NCBI GenBank assembly: GCA_943704425.1
Contig: CALSCP010001883.1
Coordinates: 1-52,557, forward strand
Length of the DNA: 52,557 nucleotides
Source of the DNA: Ministeria vibrans ATCC 50519
Lineage: Eukaryota > Protista > Filasterea
Reading direction: 5' to 3'
Shown: positions 1 to 12,200 of the stretch, piece after piece
Numbering within the stretch: the stretch's first letter is position 1
Layout of the letters: the number at the start of each line of letters is the position of its first letter
The notes under the pieces: generated by a model
Database searches by the model: none
What the model was told of the DNA's origin: nothing
What the model saw: only the letters and a program-made list of their open reading frames with translations
Program-made: the position numbers and the translations under genes

Positions 1-928
1 GATTTGGTGCTGGTCAACGAACTCGTGCTGAACCTTGGTAAGGATGAAAAGTGTGTGTGCGTGTGTGTATGTGCATTGCGTTGACACACGAGTACATGGT
101 GATACGTAGGATTGGCTGCACTGGGCGTGTTTGTTGTGGGTCTGCTGTTTCTGGTCCATCCCTTTTCTGCGCTCATTATGGTGGGTGCGGTGGCTCTTGT
201 CGATGCATATCTGCTCAGTGTGTTCTACCTTGATGGAATGCGCATCAACAGTGTCGGTGTGGTCAATCTGGTCATGAGTGTGGGCATTTCTGTCGATTTT
301 AGTCTCCACGTCGCCCATGCCTTCCATTTGGCCCCTGGCACGCGCACCGAACGTGTGACGGTACGCCGTCGTGTGTCCTATGGAGCAGCATGAACCTTGA
401 TTGAATCGATTTGTCGTAGATTGCTCTCATTCGCATGGGCTCGCCTGTCCTCCTTGCCGGTGCAACAACCTTTTTTGCCACCATTCCCATTGGTACGTTT
501 GTTTGATGTTCTTGTGGTTTCGAGTAGCTTTCGTGTACTGTTTGTTGGGACACGTATGTGCGCTTTGTTGTGTACGCACGTCTGATCTTTCTTGTTTCGT
601 CTTTCCTCCTTTTCGTTTCTTTTCACACTCTTTGTCATTATTAGCCTTCTCGTCGTCGGTTATCTTCCGAACCTTCTTCAAGCTGATTATCAGCACGGTG
701 TCGTTTGGTGTGCTGGTTGGTCTGGTTTTCATTCCGGTCGTCCTGTCGCTCGTTGGACCCGGGCAGTTGCCGTTGGACGACGCAGTGCACAAACGCAATG
801 CTGATGGTGCAGCTGAAAGCATTCCGATGGAGAACATGTCAAAGAGCACAGTGGTGCCGGAACAGCAGCAGGGGTCCTCCGTCGATGCAAGCTTGTATCG
901 TCGCGCCTCACTGGTGACAGGCGTGTAA
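1..928 (+). CDS. 3' part of an NPC1/Patched-family (RND-type) membrane protein; exons <1-37, 110-360, 420-492, 645-928
   Basis: GT-AG splicing gives DLVLVNELVLNLG-LAALGVFVVGLLFL...INSVGVVNLVMSVGISVDFSLHVAHAF...ALIRMGSPVLLAGATTF...AFSSSVIFRTFFK...GLVFIPVVLSLVGP, matching the C-terminal TM block of Patched/NPC1 proteins (GxxVDF motif). Confidence 0.88.
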
Positions 929-1166
929 CAACGCGTTTCTTATGTATTTCAGTCGTAAATTCATATGAAATTAATATAATACACTTTCATTCAGGTGACT
1001 TTCATTGGTACAAGCTGTAACATGACGCGACTACAACATTGTGTATCAGATTAATAATAATAATAGCAGCATTGTGACTGAGACAAGGGCACCCATTCCT
1101 CTCGCGCCACAACCCGCACTGGGACAATTCTACATAAATTCTTTTTTATCCTCTGTTTCTCTCTAT

Positions 1167-1223
1167 ATCACTTCTATGAAGCTTTTGCCCTAGGACTTCC
1201 AAAAAAAAAAATCACTTCTATGA
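1167..1223 (+). mobile_element. Very short poly(A)-tailed retroposed insertion (copy 1) with 13-bp target-site duplication
   Basis: ATCACTTCTATGA at 1167-1179 and 1211-1223 flanks AGCTTTTGCCCTAGGACTTCC plus A10 (1180-1210). Confidence 0.8.
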
Positions 1224-1400
1224 CACGGTCTGTCGCTCACCGTCCAGTGCGCTTGTGCACGCGTCTGCGGGGTGGGTGGCGTCTGAGTTGCTGCCGTCTC
1301 ATATGGGATGTAGACGGCTGCGCTGCCGGATGCGTGGGCTGTCTCAAACGCACCGTCCGTCGCCACCGTTAGGCTATCTCCTCTCGCGCTTGGGCTGTTT

Positions 1401-1477
1401 TCTTAGGCTCTTCTTTTTTTTTTTTTTGAAAACCTAGGATGAAAGCTTCATTGTACAAGACAATCTTAGGCTCTTCT
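1401..1477 (-). mobile_element. Short poly(A)-tailed retroposed insertion (copy 2, diverged) with 14-bp TSD
   Basis: TCTTAGGCTCTTCT at 1401-1414 and 1464-1477 flanks a poly-T run plus GAAAACCTAGGATGAAAGCTTCATTGTACAAGACAA, which is homologous to copies 1 and 3. Confidence 0.8.
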
Positions 1478-1883
1478 GCCTGCTGAAAACCCCGCCAGCA
1501 CAGCATAGCGTGACGTGCCGTTGCATCCGACTTGTTCTTTTCCGCCGTGCTAGCGCGGCTAATCGACTGCGGTCTGTGCTGCCTGTACTCATGGAACGCA
1601 AACCGTGGACATATTTTTCAAAAAATTAAACTTTCAGGTGATTTTCATTGATATAAGCCAACATAAGACTCTCAGGTTCTGTTGTCTCCAACAAACCATC
1701 AAGGCATATCGTTAGATAAATTTTTGCGTTTGAAAATAAATTATTTAGCCGTGTCAAACTGTATTAAACTAAGTTAGCAAAATATTTTCCTCATATTTTC
1801 GCCTTACAGACAGTTTCAGTGCTTACACACAATTTACATTTGACGTCGTGCGAAAATAGATACTAAATATTTAAATTAGAAAT

Positions 1884-2275
1884 TTATATGCAATGAATTA
1901 TGCAAACAAATTTTCAAAGGTTCACGGTATCTTAGGAGCTCACGTTTTTGAAAGCGCGCCGGGGGATGAAAGTGAGCCAGACTGGCGTGAGCNNNNNNNN
2001 NNNNNNNNNNNNNNNNNNNNNNNNNNNNNNNNNNNNNNNNNNNNNNNNNNNNNNNNNNNNNNNNNNNNNNNNNNNNNNNNNNNNNNNNNNNNNNNNNNNN
2101 NNNNNNNNNNNNNNNNNNNNNNNNNNNNNNNNNNNNNNNNNNNNNNNNNNNNNNNNNNNNNNNNNACTTATATGCAATGAATTATGCAAACAAATTTTCA
2201 AAGGTTCACGGTATCTTAGGAGCTCACGTTTTTGAAAGCGCGCCGGGGGATGAAAGTGAGCCAGACTGGCGTGAG
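1884..2275. repeat. ~108-bp direct duplication on both sides of an N gap (probable unmerged contig overlap)
   Basis: 1884-1992 is identical to 2168-2275, separated by the N run at 1993-2165. Confidence 0.8.
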
Positions 2276-2528
2276 CGAGTGAGGACGGGTAAGTAATGAG
2301 AGAACCTCTTGTACGAGTGAGAGAGAATTGGGAGTGGAGAGTTAGAGAGGAGAGAGCGCGACGTATTCTGAGTGGCCTCATAAGCTGCTTGAGTATGTGT
2401 TCTTAAGAACGTCTGAATACAATCGTAAAGTTCATGTTTCGGTACAACGACGGCAGTGGACGACACCGGCAAATTGCGCACGAAATGCGATGAGGGACTG
2501 GTGGATCTAGATGACAGAGGACGTGTTC

Positions 2529-2576
2529 TTTTTTTTGGAAGTCCTAGGGCAAAAGCTTCATTGTACAAGACAATCT
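2529..2576 (-). mobile_element. Copy 3 of the same poly(A)-tailed element; it may extend further to the right (5' boundary unknown)
   Basis: T8-GGAAGTCCTAGGGCAAAAGCTTCATTGTACAAGACAATCT is the exact reverse complement of copy 1 over 33 bp and shares AAAGCTTCATTGTACAAGACAATCT with copy 2. No TSD found. Confidence 0.7.
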
Positions 2577-2910
2577 AACCATCCGAAGCGGCTGCTTCAC
2601 CCCCGCATGGGCCGAAACGGACATTCCGAGAGACTTGCATGCAAAGCCATTCACCCAAGCAAGTAAACCGCTTAGCAGCTGAAGACGCCTCATGATTTTA
2701 ATATAAGCATCTCGCATGGAAAAAGGGAGAAGAAAAAGGGAAGAAGGAAAACGCAAAAAGGGGAAAGGAAGAAAAGAAAGAAAAAGGTAAAATGGGAAAA
2801 ACAAACACCAACAGCAACAAACTAGGACTACAATTGCAAAAAAAAAACTCGATAATCGCTTGTGTAACCCACACGTGTCCCATATGAATCCCACATTGCG
2901 GTGCCTATCG

Positions 2911-5199
2911 TTATTGATTCATTTTGGTCTCATTGCACACACTTTCTCGATGGGCCATCATTAGTTTCGGTGCTACAAAACAACACAAAAAAGTAAAAAA
3001 GCAAAAACAAACAAACAAGAAAACATATCTTTTGACCTACCTTTTGCTGTGACAATCTGTGAAAAGGACACAAATTCAGTCTGAGGTGGCAAAGTGGGCT
3101 GGGGAGCACTCAGTTTGGCCGACAGTCCATTGAGAAGCCATAATGACCATTCCACTATGTGCGCGTGAAGAATCAGTTAATTGAAATACTTCTTCTTTGA
3201 TGTACCGGATAATTCCATTGAATCACACACAGGGAACAATTGAGCAAGATAGAGAGCACATTTAGACTGAGAGCGATCGATTCCAACAAACAAAGAATCT
3301 AAAGGAAGAAGGTGAGAAAAAGTAGTGACAGAAAGAGAAAAAGTGACAAAAAGAGAAAGAACAATGGGACAGAAAAAGAAAGAACAATGCGATAAAAAGA
3401 AAAAGTACAAAGTAAAAAAAAAACAAAGTGACAGAAGGAGAAAAAACATGCGATAGAACAAAGTAGAACAAAGTAAAAGAAACAAAGTGATAGAGGGAAA
3501 GAACAAAAGAACCAAGAGAGAATACCGATCGAACGAGCAGTGAGCTGTGCGTAATGTGAGAGAGTGGAAGCACAAAAGGGCAGATTGTCTGGATGAGACC
3601 AGTCACAAGCGCCCTTGAGAGACTCGCGGATGTGGAAGACGAGGGTGACGTATGCGCCGGTGGGATGGCAAGGAGTGCGAGTGGCGGCGGTGTGGAGAAA
3701 GGAGTAGGGGGGAAGGGAGGCGTTGGGAGGTAGAGTGGTTGAGCTGACGAGCGAGTGGGCGTGGATAGTCGCGGGGCCTGTCAGACGCGTGTATTCGAGA
3801 ACGACAGTGGACAAGGGCGTAGCAAGAGGCCCTGGGCCGCACACGTGCATGAAGCACGAAGCGTTGCTCTCCTTATGAGGTGTGAGCTGCGTGCGCGTGG
3901 AGACGTGGCGGGTGCGCTCGAGGGAAACTTCGTGATGGAAAACCGGGGAGCAGCACAGGTGATGAATGTACTCAGTGAGAGTGCCAAAGTGGTAGAAGCG
4001 AGAAGGATTGAGTAGCAGGACGTGCATAGGGGTGCCGCGCAGTGCATCGTACACGGCCCGGCGGGTCTGAGCCAGGGCGCTGTCGGAGGGGTCCACGACG
4101 TTGGCCGAGACCCCGCAGTAATCGGGCGTGCTGCGCGTACCGAGCGCTTGAAGGAAGTCACCGTACGCGTCGACCTCGCTGGTGATGGGCGCGAGTTTGT
4201 CATAAAGGGCAAGAAGAGTGCGTGCGGTAGTGCGATCCAGCGAGAAGGCACTGTCTGTGTACACAAAGGGCTCTTCGTCTTCCCCCCCAGCCACCACTGC
4301 CCCTTCACTGTGCATCTTCTCACGCGTTTCCTTGTGCAAGAATAGCTGGCATTCGGCCATTTGCGCGGGCAGATCGGCTTGTGGGGTCTCAGCAAGCACA
4401 AAGACGCCGTGGGTCGTGCCAATCTCGAGGGAACTCGGATGGCCCAGTGCAGTGACGCCTGGACGCGACAGGGACCACGCTGCCTCGTCAGTGCCCAAGT
4501 CAAACAGCTCAAAAGTGTCGCCGGCACAGCAAAAGACCGCACCGGCCGGAAGCGCCCGTGGGAAGTCGATGAACGACGCGAGTTTCATCTCGAGAACATG
4601 AAACATAGGATCACCGAGAGGAAGTGCTGTAAACACCTTGCCCATGACACTCGCATTGGGAAGTCTAATAAACACAGTGAGATGAGAGGAGGAGATGGAA
4701 GAGAGCGTGGCGGGCGGTACCGTTGGCTGTAGCCGCCCGCATGACACACAAACACTCTGCCTGCGTCCATGTTGGCGGTGCCGTGCCGCTCTTCAAGATA
4801 GCGCAGCAGAAACAGCGTGGATCCACCGCAGCCAATCTTGTAGCCGGGGGGATCCGGAACAACGTGGTATTGGCAGCCTCTGGGGAGCTAGTGCGGCACG
4901 GGGCAATGGGAGGGGCAGGGGGAGGGGGAGTCAAAACAGAAAGCAAATACACAATGTCCTTTCACCTCGCCCGACTGCAGCTTGGCGTCGATTTGAAGAC
5001 GAAAGGCCTCAGCCTGATCTTCGTCGCCTGCCGTCACCACCACATAGTCCCAGAAGACCTCACCAGCGGCGGTTTCGTCGGCAAGCCGAGTGCGACGGAA
5101 TACATCGAAGCGACGCCAGCGATCGGCCGTGACTTGACGCAGCCGATCAGACTGGGCGGAGAAGGAGGGCGCCGATGGATCGGATTCAGACTTGGACAT
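2911..5199 (-). CDS. FPGT: Fucose-1-phosphate guanylyltransferase (GDP-L-fucose pyrophosphorylase), multi-exon
   Basis: Spliced motifs FWDYVVVTAGDEDQAEAFRLQI, DPPGYKIGCGGSTL, HAGGYSQR/LPNASVMGKVFTALP, CCAGDT, ALGHPSSLEIGTTHGVFVL, FLHK, VDAYGDFLQALG, FYHFGTLTEY. Last exons approximate. Confidence 0.9.
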
Positions 5200-5662
5200 G
5201 AGAAAAACTTTGACAATTTGAATATTGACTTTTGAGGTGAGCAATCGTCAAACGAGTGATTCGATTGAATCTGTCGATAGATCAATCCTAGTACACAAAC
5301 CGTTCTTCTTTCCCTCTTTTTCTAGTGAAGTGCCCCGGGCTCTGCATCACCACTTCACCAGCAAGTATACGTCATTTCCCTCACCCGGCGGGTTTGCGGG
5401 GGCAGTCGTTCGATGGAGCGGCCCATGCAAGGAGGACATGTTTGTACTGTTCTAGCGAGAACACCAAGAAACCCGGGCTGAACGCCTGCAAAAGAACGAC
5501 CCATGCATGCGCAGTCTGTGGAAGAAGTGAATTGATGAGACGAAATTCACACGGAGGAAGTACAATGTGTTGAGATTGTTGATAAGTTGAGAGCGATTGT
5601 GTTTGCATTGCAGTTCACTTCAAAAGCCNNNNNNNCAGGTGCGCACCATTATGGGATGGATG

Positions 5663-7058
5663 CTACTGGCCCATGAGCCGATCGATGAGAGCCTTGACAA
5701 AAGCCATCTGCTTGCCTGTGCGGTACGCATACGCCTTGTCGCCGTCATATCCCCACCAGTTGAAGCACGCATTGGGGTTGCTGAGCATCAACGACGTCAC
5801 CTGCGGGTACAACACGATAATGGCGTTGCTCTCCGCCCACTCGTTGAGTCCCGTGTGCTGCACAAATGTCTCTCCAATCTTCTTGATGTTCTGTTCGCAT
5901 CCATGAAACACCACATGGAGCTTGCACGCCGTGCTGTTGCTCTGGCACACACTGGGCACATACACATAGCCAGTGGGACCCACGCTGGAGCCCTTGATGA
6001 ACTGGCTCTGATCAAACGTCATCAAGTTGGCAGCAACCGCACTTGTCTGTGGCTTCAAGTTCCCATAGAGCGCACTCAACGACGCATTTGCCCCCGAATA
6101 CTCACACTTGCCAAGAAACGGCGTGCCCAACCGACCGCACGTCTCTCCTACGTGCACACAGAACAATGAGGTGACAAGAGAAAGAGAAAGAGAGAGAGAA
6201 AGAGAGTGTGTGAGAGAAAGAAAGAATGAAAGAGAAGAGAGTTTGAGAAAAAGAAAGAGAGAGAGAAAGTTTGAGAGAGGGGGAGAGAAAAAAGAGGTAA
6301 GACACAAAGTGATAGAGAAACAAAGTGACACACAGAGAGAAACAAAATGATAGAGAAAGAAAGGACAAGTAAAGTTACCGTAGTCCATCGTTGGGTAGCA
6401 GTGTTGCGAGGGCACGTCAAAGTGAGAGACAATGTTGGTGACATTGAGGTCCTGGTAGAAAGTGACCGTATCCTTGTTAACAAGGGGCTTGACAATGGTG
6501 TCGCGCGTGCCACTGTAGACGTAGACTAGAGGAGAGGAGTGGGAACGCAGTGAAAAATGCTTCTGGGCTGTTGTGCATCAGTACCTTTTGATCCAGCCAA
6601 ATTCTCAACCGCATCAATGTGGCCCTGCCTCGCAAAGGTGCGGGCTGTCTCGGCAAGCTTTGACGGGTTGGGCTTGTTGATGAGGGCAGTCATGCAGGTC
6701 GTCTGCGCAGTCAGTTGCGACCCTACGCAGTACCGCAAGAAATGTTCAAGAAATGTTACGGTCTCGCCACGCACCGCCACCGCCAATCTTACCCTCGGCA
6801 CAGTAGTATGGCCCGCCGGCAAACACAGCAGCCCCCTTGACAAGCGACGAGAAGGCCGTGTGGAACTGTACAGGACGGAGAGAGTTTCAGACACGCACAC
6901 ACAATAAAAAAAAAATAACAAACCTGAACGGCAAAGAAACCACCCGCGCTGAGGCCACTGACCGTAACACCATTAGGATCAATGTTGTACGGACCAAGGC
7001 TATCGGCATGGGCGAGCGTGCCCAGCAGAGCGACAGAAAGCAAAACAAAAAGTTTCAT
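5663..7058 (-). CDS. Secreted PHB-depolymerase-like serine esterase, multi-exon
   Basis: Signal peptide MKLFVLLSVALLGTLAHA; NIDPNGVTVSGLSAGGFFAVQ (GxSxG nucleophile); GYVYVPSVC...CKLHVVFHGCEQ; WAESNAIIVLYPQ; NPNACFNWWGY. Confidence 0.85.
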
Positions 7059-7761
7059 TGACAAACAAACGAGATTTGAGCAAGAAAGACAGCAATACAG
7101 TCTACGGCGCAACGCACTCCAGCAAATACAGAAAGGAGTAGGCGATGAAACCAAAGAAAGCACGAAAGAAAGTGCGCAAAGTCCGCAAAGTGAGTTTAGT
7201 CATACTTCAAAAGTCAGTGAGGGAAAATTACTTTCCTTCTACGTTCCTCTCATAGGGGACTCAGCCTAGCACAAGCCCTAGGATGAGCGAGATACTGTCA
7301 TCCTGGGGCAATACGTAATAACATGTACAATTACGGAGGCGGTATCATCTCCACCATTATGTATTAATCAAGAGTATCGACAGTGTTGTCGTGTGAATGC
7401 AAAGCCTTATCCCTTCACCTTATGTCTCTCCGGAGGCCCACCTCTACGACCATCCCGACCGGGATGCATCTGGTGTCTATCGCGCCACGTGTCTGGCTAG
7501 CCCCTCCCCCCCTCCTCCCTCGATGCTTCTGAGCAGTTTGTGTTGTCGCTTTCCCTTTGTAATTTCGTCTTCTTCAGTTCTTCTTTCACTTTCTTCGTCA
7601 ATATTATAATATTAATATTCCTATTCTTCTTCTACATAGTCGTACTATGAAATATGAATTTAAGATTGAGTTAAACGAGTTTGCAACGGGGTCTGACTGG
7701 GATTTGCGTGGTGACTGTAATAAAATTGAAGGATCACAAAGATATGCGTTGACACAGTTTC

Positions 7762-8365
7762 TCAAACGGCGGTGAACTTGACCGCCAGCACAGTGCAAAT
7801 GGCGTCAGTATCCGTGTCGTCAACGTTCGCCTCGCCGACCACAATCGGATCGCCTGAGCCCGATTGATCGATGACAGTGCAGTCGGTGGCAGTCAAACTG
7901 ATCTTGATAATGTCACTGCTATCGCCCTCCTGTAAGACGTTTCTATATTAGTGTTGCGCCTATTCAAGCCACGCCGTCCTCCTCACCTCAACAAAGATAG
8001 ATTGGTCGTTTGCAGCGTCAATCTTGTAGGTATCGATGGACATGTAATAAAAATCGCCCGACAGGTTTGGCGCCGAGAAGCGCTTGTAGACGAAGGTGTT
8101 GGCGTTCGGAGCGCTTTCCACTTTCATGGGCGAGTTTCCGTGCGTATTGCAGTAGAGCTCAACAGCACACTAAGTATCAACGACTTAAACACCAACTCTC
8201 CATATTTGCGTTCCTTCCGTTGCCATGGGCATGGGCAGGAAATGGGCAGGGCACACGAAGGGAACTCTTCACACAGTTTGCGTCGCGCTCACTTACCCGC
8301 GAGAAGACGGCGTGGGCGGACTGGATCACAAAAGCCAAAAGTGAAAGGGCAACGAGAAGGCGCAT
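7762..8365 (-). CDS. Small secreted protein of unknown function (3 exons, ~140 aa)
   Basis: MRLLVALSLLAFVIQSAHAVFSR | CAVELYCNTHGNSPMKVESAP...QSIFVE | EGDSSDIIKISLTATDCTV...CTVLAVKFTAV*; two phase-0 GT-AG introns keep the frame. Confidence 0.65.
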
Positions 8366-9200
8366 CTAGGAGACGGGTGGCGAGAAAGAGCAAGAGAACA
8401 AGGGAAGAGAAAGGAAAGGGTGCGAGATTTCTTCAGAACGTCACACATATTTTCTTTTAAAGATCCAGTCTCCCCTGACCATTACAGCCGCCGCCAGACG
8501 CCAGTCCACCACCCAGCAAATACACTTCGTGTTACCATCACCATCATCCAAAGAAGAGTGTCACACTCGCGATTTTGCAACACACCAAAAACACAAAAAT
8601 TTATAAAAATGGTTTTCACACCCCCGACGCAAACTTCACATAAACAGGTGTCAAGGGCCCTCTATCGCCTCTCCAGTGGTCGGCCCCACGCACCATCGTC
8701 CCTGCCAAGCCCCCCCGGCCCATCCCGCACCCCATACACCGCCCCAAGACCCTGAATGACGGTGATACCTCCGTGATACCCTTTTTTTCTTCTTTTTCGC
8801 GATTTTACTGAAAAGGAAGTGAAGAATTCGCGAAGAACCCCTCAAGAGGGCCGTCTCCTCTCTCTCCCCCTCTGTCTGACGGGTTCTCTCTCTCTCTCTA
8901 CCTCTCTCTCTCTCTTATACGTTGATGGTGAGGTGTGTGTATTTGGGTTTAGAAAAGAGAGTATAGAAAAATAAATGAAAAAAATTCCCAAAAAAACTGT
9001 GTCAAACTGCAAAACAAAACTGTGCGAAACCAACCTTCAACCTCAAAGTCTTCTTACGCAGTTAGGCCGACTGCAAGAGCGCACTTGTACGACTTGACTA
9101 CTTGTGCGCGTCTATGGGCGCCTCATCCTCTTGGTTGGGGTTAGCCATTGAAGCATTCAATTTTGAGTGTTGATTATTATTTTGTTTTTTCAAATTTTTC

Positions 9201-12200
9201 ATGATCTCCAAATCCCTGACGGCATTCCTGACTGTTCTGCCACTCGTGGCATGCCTCGTCTGCACAGCGGATGCTGCGACGAGTGCGGCGTTTGCGCTGG
9301 CCGGCAGCCGCTTCCGCGTCCAGGCCCTCTCGCCCTCTCTTGTCCGCCTCGAGCGCGAAGGCCCCGCCGGCTTCTCCGACAACGTGACGTTTCTCGTGCG
9401 CGAGCGTTCGTGGGCAGGTGTCGAGTTGAGTGTCATTTCGCAAACGACCAGTGCGGTTGTGCTGCAGACGGCGGCGTTGGAGTTGCGCGTCGCGTCGCCC
9501 TCTCCCGCCCTCCGCATCGACGCCTGCGCCAACTCTCTCTCGCACACGGACGCCCTCTCGCCCACGCGGACGCCCGCTTGCCCCGACGGCCTTTCGGGCC
9601 AAACGCGTGATTCGTGCTGTGCTGCCTGCAACAAGGTTTGGGGTTGTGCCGGGGGTTTGTGTCAACAACATCACACACACTCGCCACTCTGCGTAGGATG
9701 ACAAGTGCTTCAGCTGGGTCTTTGTCAGCAGCCAAGAAGAAGAAGAAGAGAACGACGCCAAGAGCGACATCGCTTCTGCTAACTGCTGGCTGCTTGCTTC
9801 GTCGGGCGGCTCCAAGTCGGCGTCGAACCGGATTTTGGGCTCCAAGGCAACACCTGATGTGACCCTGACAGTCATCGACCGATCCTCGAGCAAGACCCTC
9901 TTCTCCCAGCCCGTTCCCTCTTCCATTTCACCCAATCCAACCTTCCCAGCGCCCTCCGACCTCAACAACGGACCTGTGGTCTTCACAGTGCGGTACAGAT
10001 GGGGTTGTCCCGTCCACGAAAACTAAAACACACCGCACTGCTCTTTCTCTTTAGGGACGGCCCTCGCTTTGCGACCCCACCCTGGGGTGCCACACCCGCC
10101 CCCAATCCCCACACACTCGGTCCTCTGACCAACACAAGCGGCTTTGACCTGCGCATTGGCGCTCAGAATGCTTCGGACGTGTACTTGTTTGTGGTGCACT
10201 CTCTTTCTGACTTTCGCATCGAGTATCTTCGTCTTGCCGGACCCATTCCAGTGCTTCCTGACTTTGCAATGGGTCTGTGGTTCTGCTGGTACCACGCATA
10301 CTCACAGCAAGAGAAAACAGACGAAATCAATCGGTATGTGCAGAGAGAAAGGGTTTGAGAGAGAGATCGAGGAGGGAGAAAGAAACATGGTGATAGTGAG
10401 AAAGGAGAGAGAAAGAAACAAGACGAGAGAGAAAAAGACAATGCGATAGAGAAAGAGACAAAATAATGGAGAAAGAAGCAAAGTGATAGAGAAAGAGACA
10501 GAGCAATAGAAAGAGAGAGAGAGGGGGGGTAATAATGGGAGCGAAAGAGTGTGAGAGACATCCACACGCACCCACCCGCAGCCGCACAGTCACTCACCCA
10601 TTTGCAAACGCTCATGACACTCCGCTTTCAGGTTCATCTCGGACGCCATTCCACTTGACGTGGCCTCCCTTGACATGGACTGGCGCGACCACTCTACTTT
10701 GGCCCTTGAGCAGCAATACATTGTCAACTCTCAGCTCTTCCCGAACATGACCCAATTCATTGCATGGGTTCATCAACAAAACCTCTCCATCTACTTCAGT
10801 CAGTCAATCCAGCATTCTCTCTGTTTGTCCCTTACCCAACTTTGTTTTCCGCTAGACGATCATCCTATGCCACAGGGACCCCAAATGTCTCCCCATGAAA
10901 TTCAGTATCGGTTTGATGGACTCTCGAAGATTCTCGATTTGGGCTTGGATTTTTGGTGGTATGTTATTTGGAAAGATCATACGAGAGACAAAGAGAATAG
11001 AGAGAGGAGAGAAAACAACAAACTGAGTGTGGGTGTGTGTGCGTGAAGGAGGGAGGGAGAGAGATTGAGAAAGAAAACGAAAAAGAGGGTGTGTGTGTAT
11101 TGGCGAGTGTGATGAGGGAGGGAGAGAATTGAGAAAGAAAACGAAAAAGAGGGTGTGTGTGTATTGGCGAGTGTGATGAGGGAGGGAGAGAGATTGAGAA
11201 AGAAAAGGAAACGAGGGTGTGTGTGTATTCGCGAGAGTGATTGGTTTGGGTTTGTAGGTATGACTGTCACTGGAAGGACACTATACCCGGAATCAACATT
11301 GCAGGTGACTCACTGGACTACATGGCATGGGGGCAGTACATTTATCAGGTGAGGGCAGCACGTATGGGCGTGTGAGTGTCGTAGTGTGCTGTACTCCTCT
11401 TTCACACTCTCTTACTCACTTACTCCACACAGACACACACATACACATTCAACACCCCCTCATACCCCCCCACATACCCACACATACATACCACACACAC
11501 CCGACGTCTTTCTTTTGTAACGGAAGACTGTTTACGCTTACTACATCTATCTTCTCTATTAGGATGTACAAACGCGGTACGCGCGTGAGAAGCGACCAAG
11601 CGGCGTTGGGCCGCTTCTGGGATGCTCGAACAGTAACCACGGCGGAAACCACCGTACTCCTGTGTGGTGGACAGGCGACATTGAATACACCGCACTCATG
11701 CAGGCAGTCAAGGTACATGTTACTCAAACCACTCTTATATACCCAACTTTGCTCTCTCGTGCTTGTTTTCGACCAAACTCTGCAAAACGCTGATACTACA
11801 TTGTTTTGCATTGGCTTCATTTTGCGCTACATATTGTTCGTGTCTATCAAAATTGAGAAGCAGTAAAACTGTTCGGCACTTTGCCAAGATTTTCAGGTTT
11901 TTTTTTTCAAGCAAGATAATGAAATAATAATAATAATAATTATTATTATTATTAAATATTTTTAATCTGATGTGAAAACGTGACTTGCCTTCTTTAGGAC
12001 GAAGTAAACTACGGGATTCAGATGAAGCCGTTTGTGCATCCGGACTGCAGCGGACACCACGGGCCCGAGGACCACGGCGGCAAGTACCCGCCGGAGGTGT
12101 ACGTGCGCTGGCTTGCCTTCTGCGCGCACGGGACGATCATGCGCATCCACTCGGATAACAAGAGCGATGGACGTCAGCCGTGGATCTTTGGCGAGGCCAT

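Noticed and set aside
991-1658. Imperfect 25-bp repeat TCAGGTGA(C/T)TTTCATTG(G/A)TA(C/T)AAGC at about 991 and 1634
   Set aside because: May be transposon debris, but no termini, TSD or family can be supported.
1884-2275. Direct repeat as LTRs or CRISPR-like repeats
   Set aside because: Identical copies abut an N gap, typical of an unmerged contig overlap.
1176-2561. 33-bp inverted repeat read as the TIRs of a 1.4-kb DNA transposon
   Set aside because: The left arm has its own 13-bp TSD and poly(A), a third copy has a different TSD, and no TSD flanks the pair; independent retroinsertions explain it better.
5419-5441. GGCCCATGCAAGGAGGACATG resembles the U6 snRNA internal stem-loop
   Set aside because: No ACAGAGA box, no matching flanks and no T-run terminator.
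7266-7309. 12-bp-stem hairpin near CTAG as a Helitron 3' end
   Set aside because: Spacing is short, CTAG is not followed by T, and no 5' end or second copy is visible.
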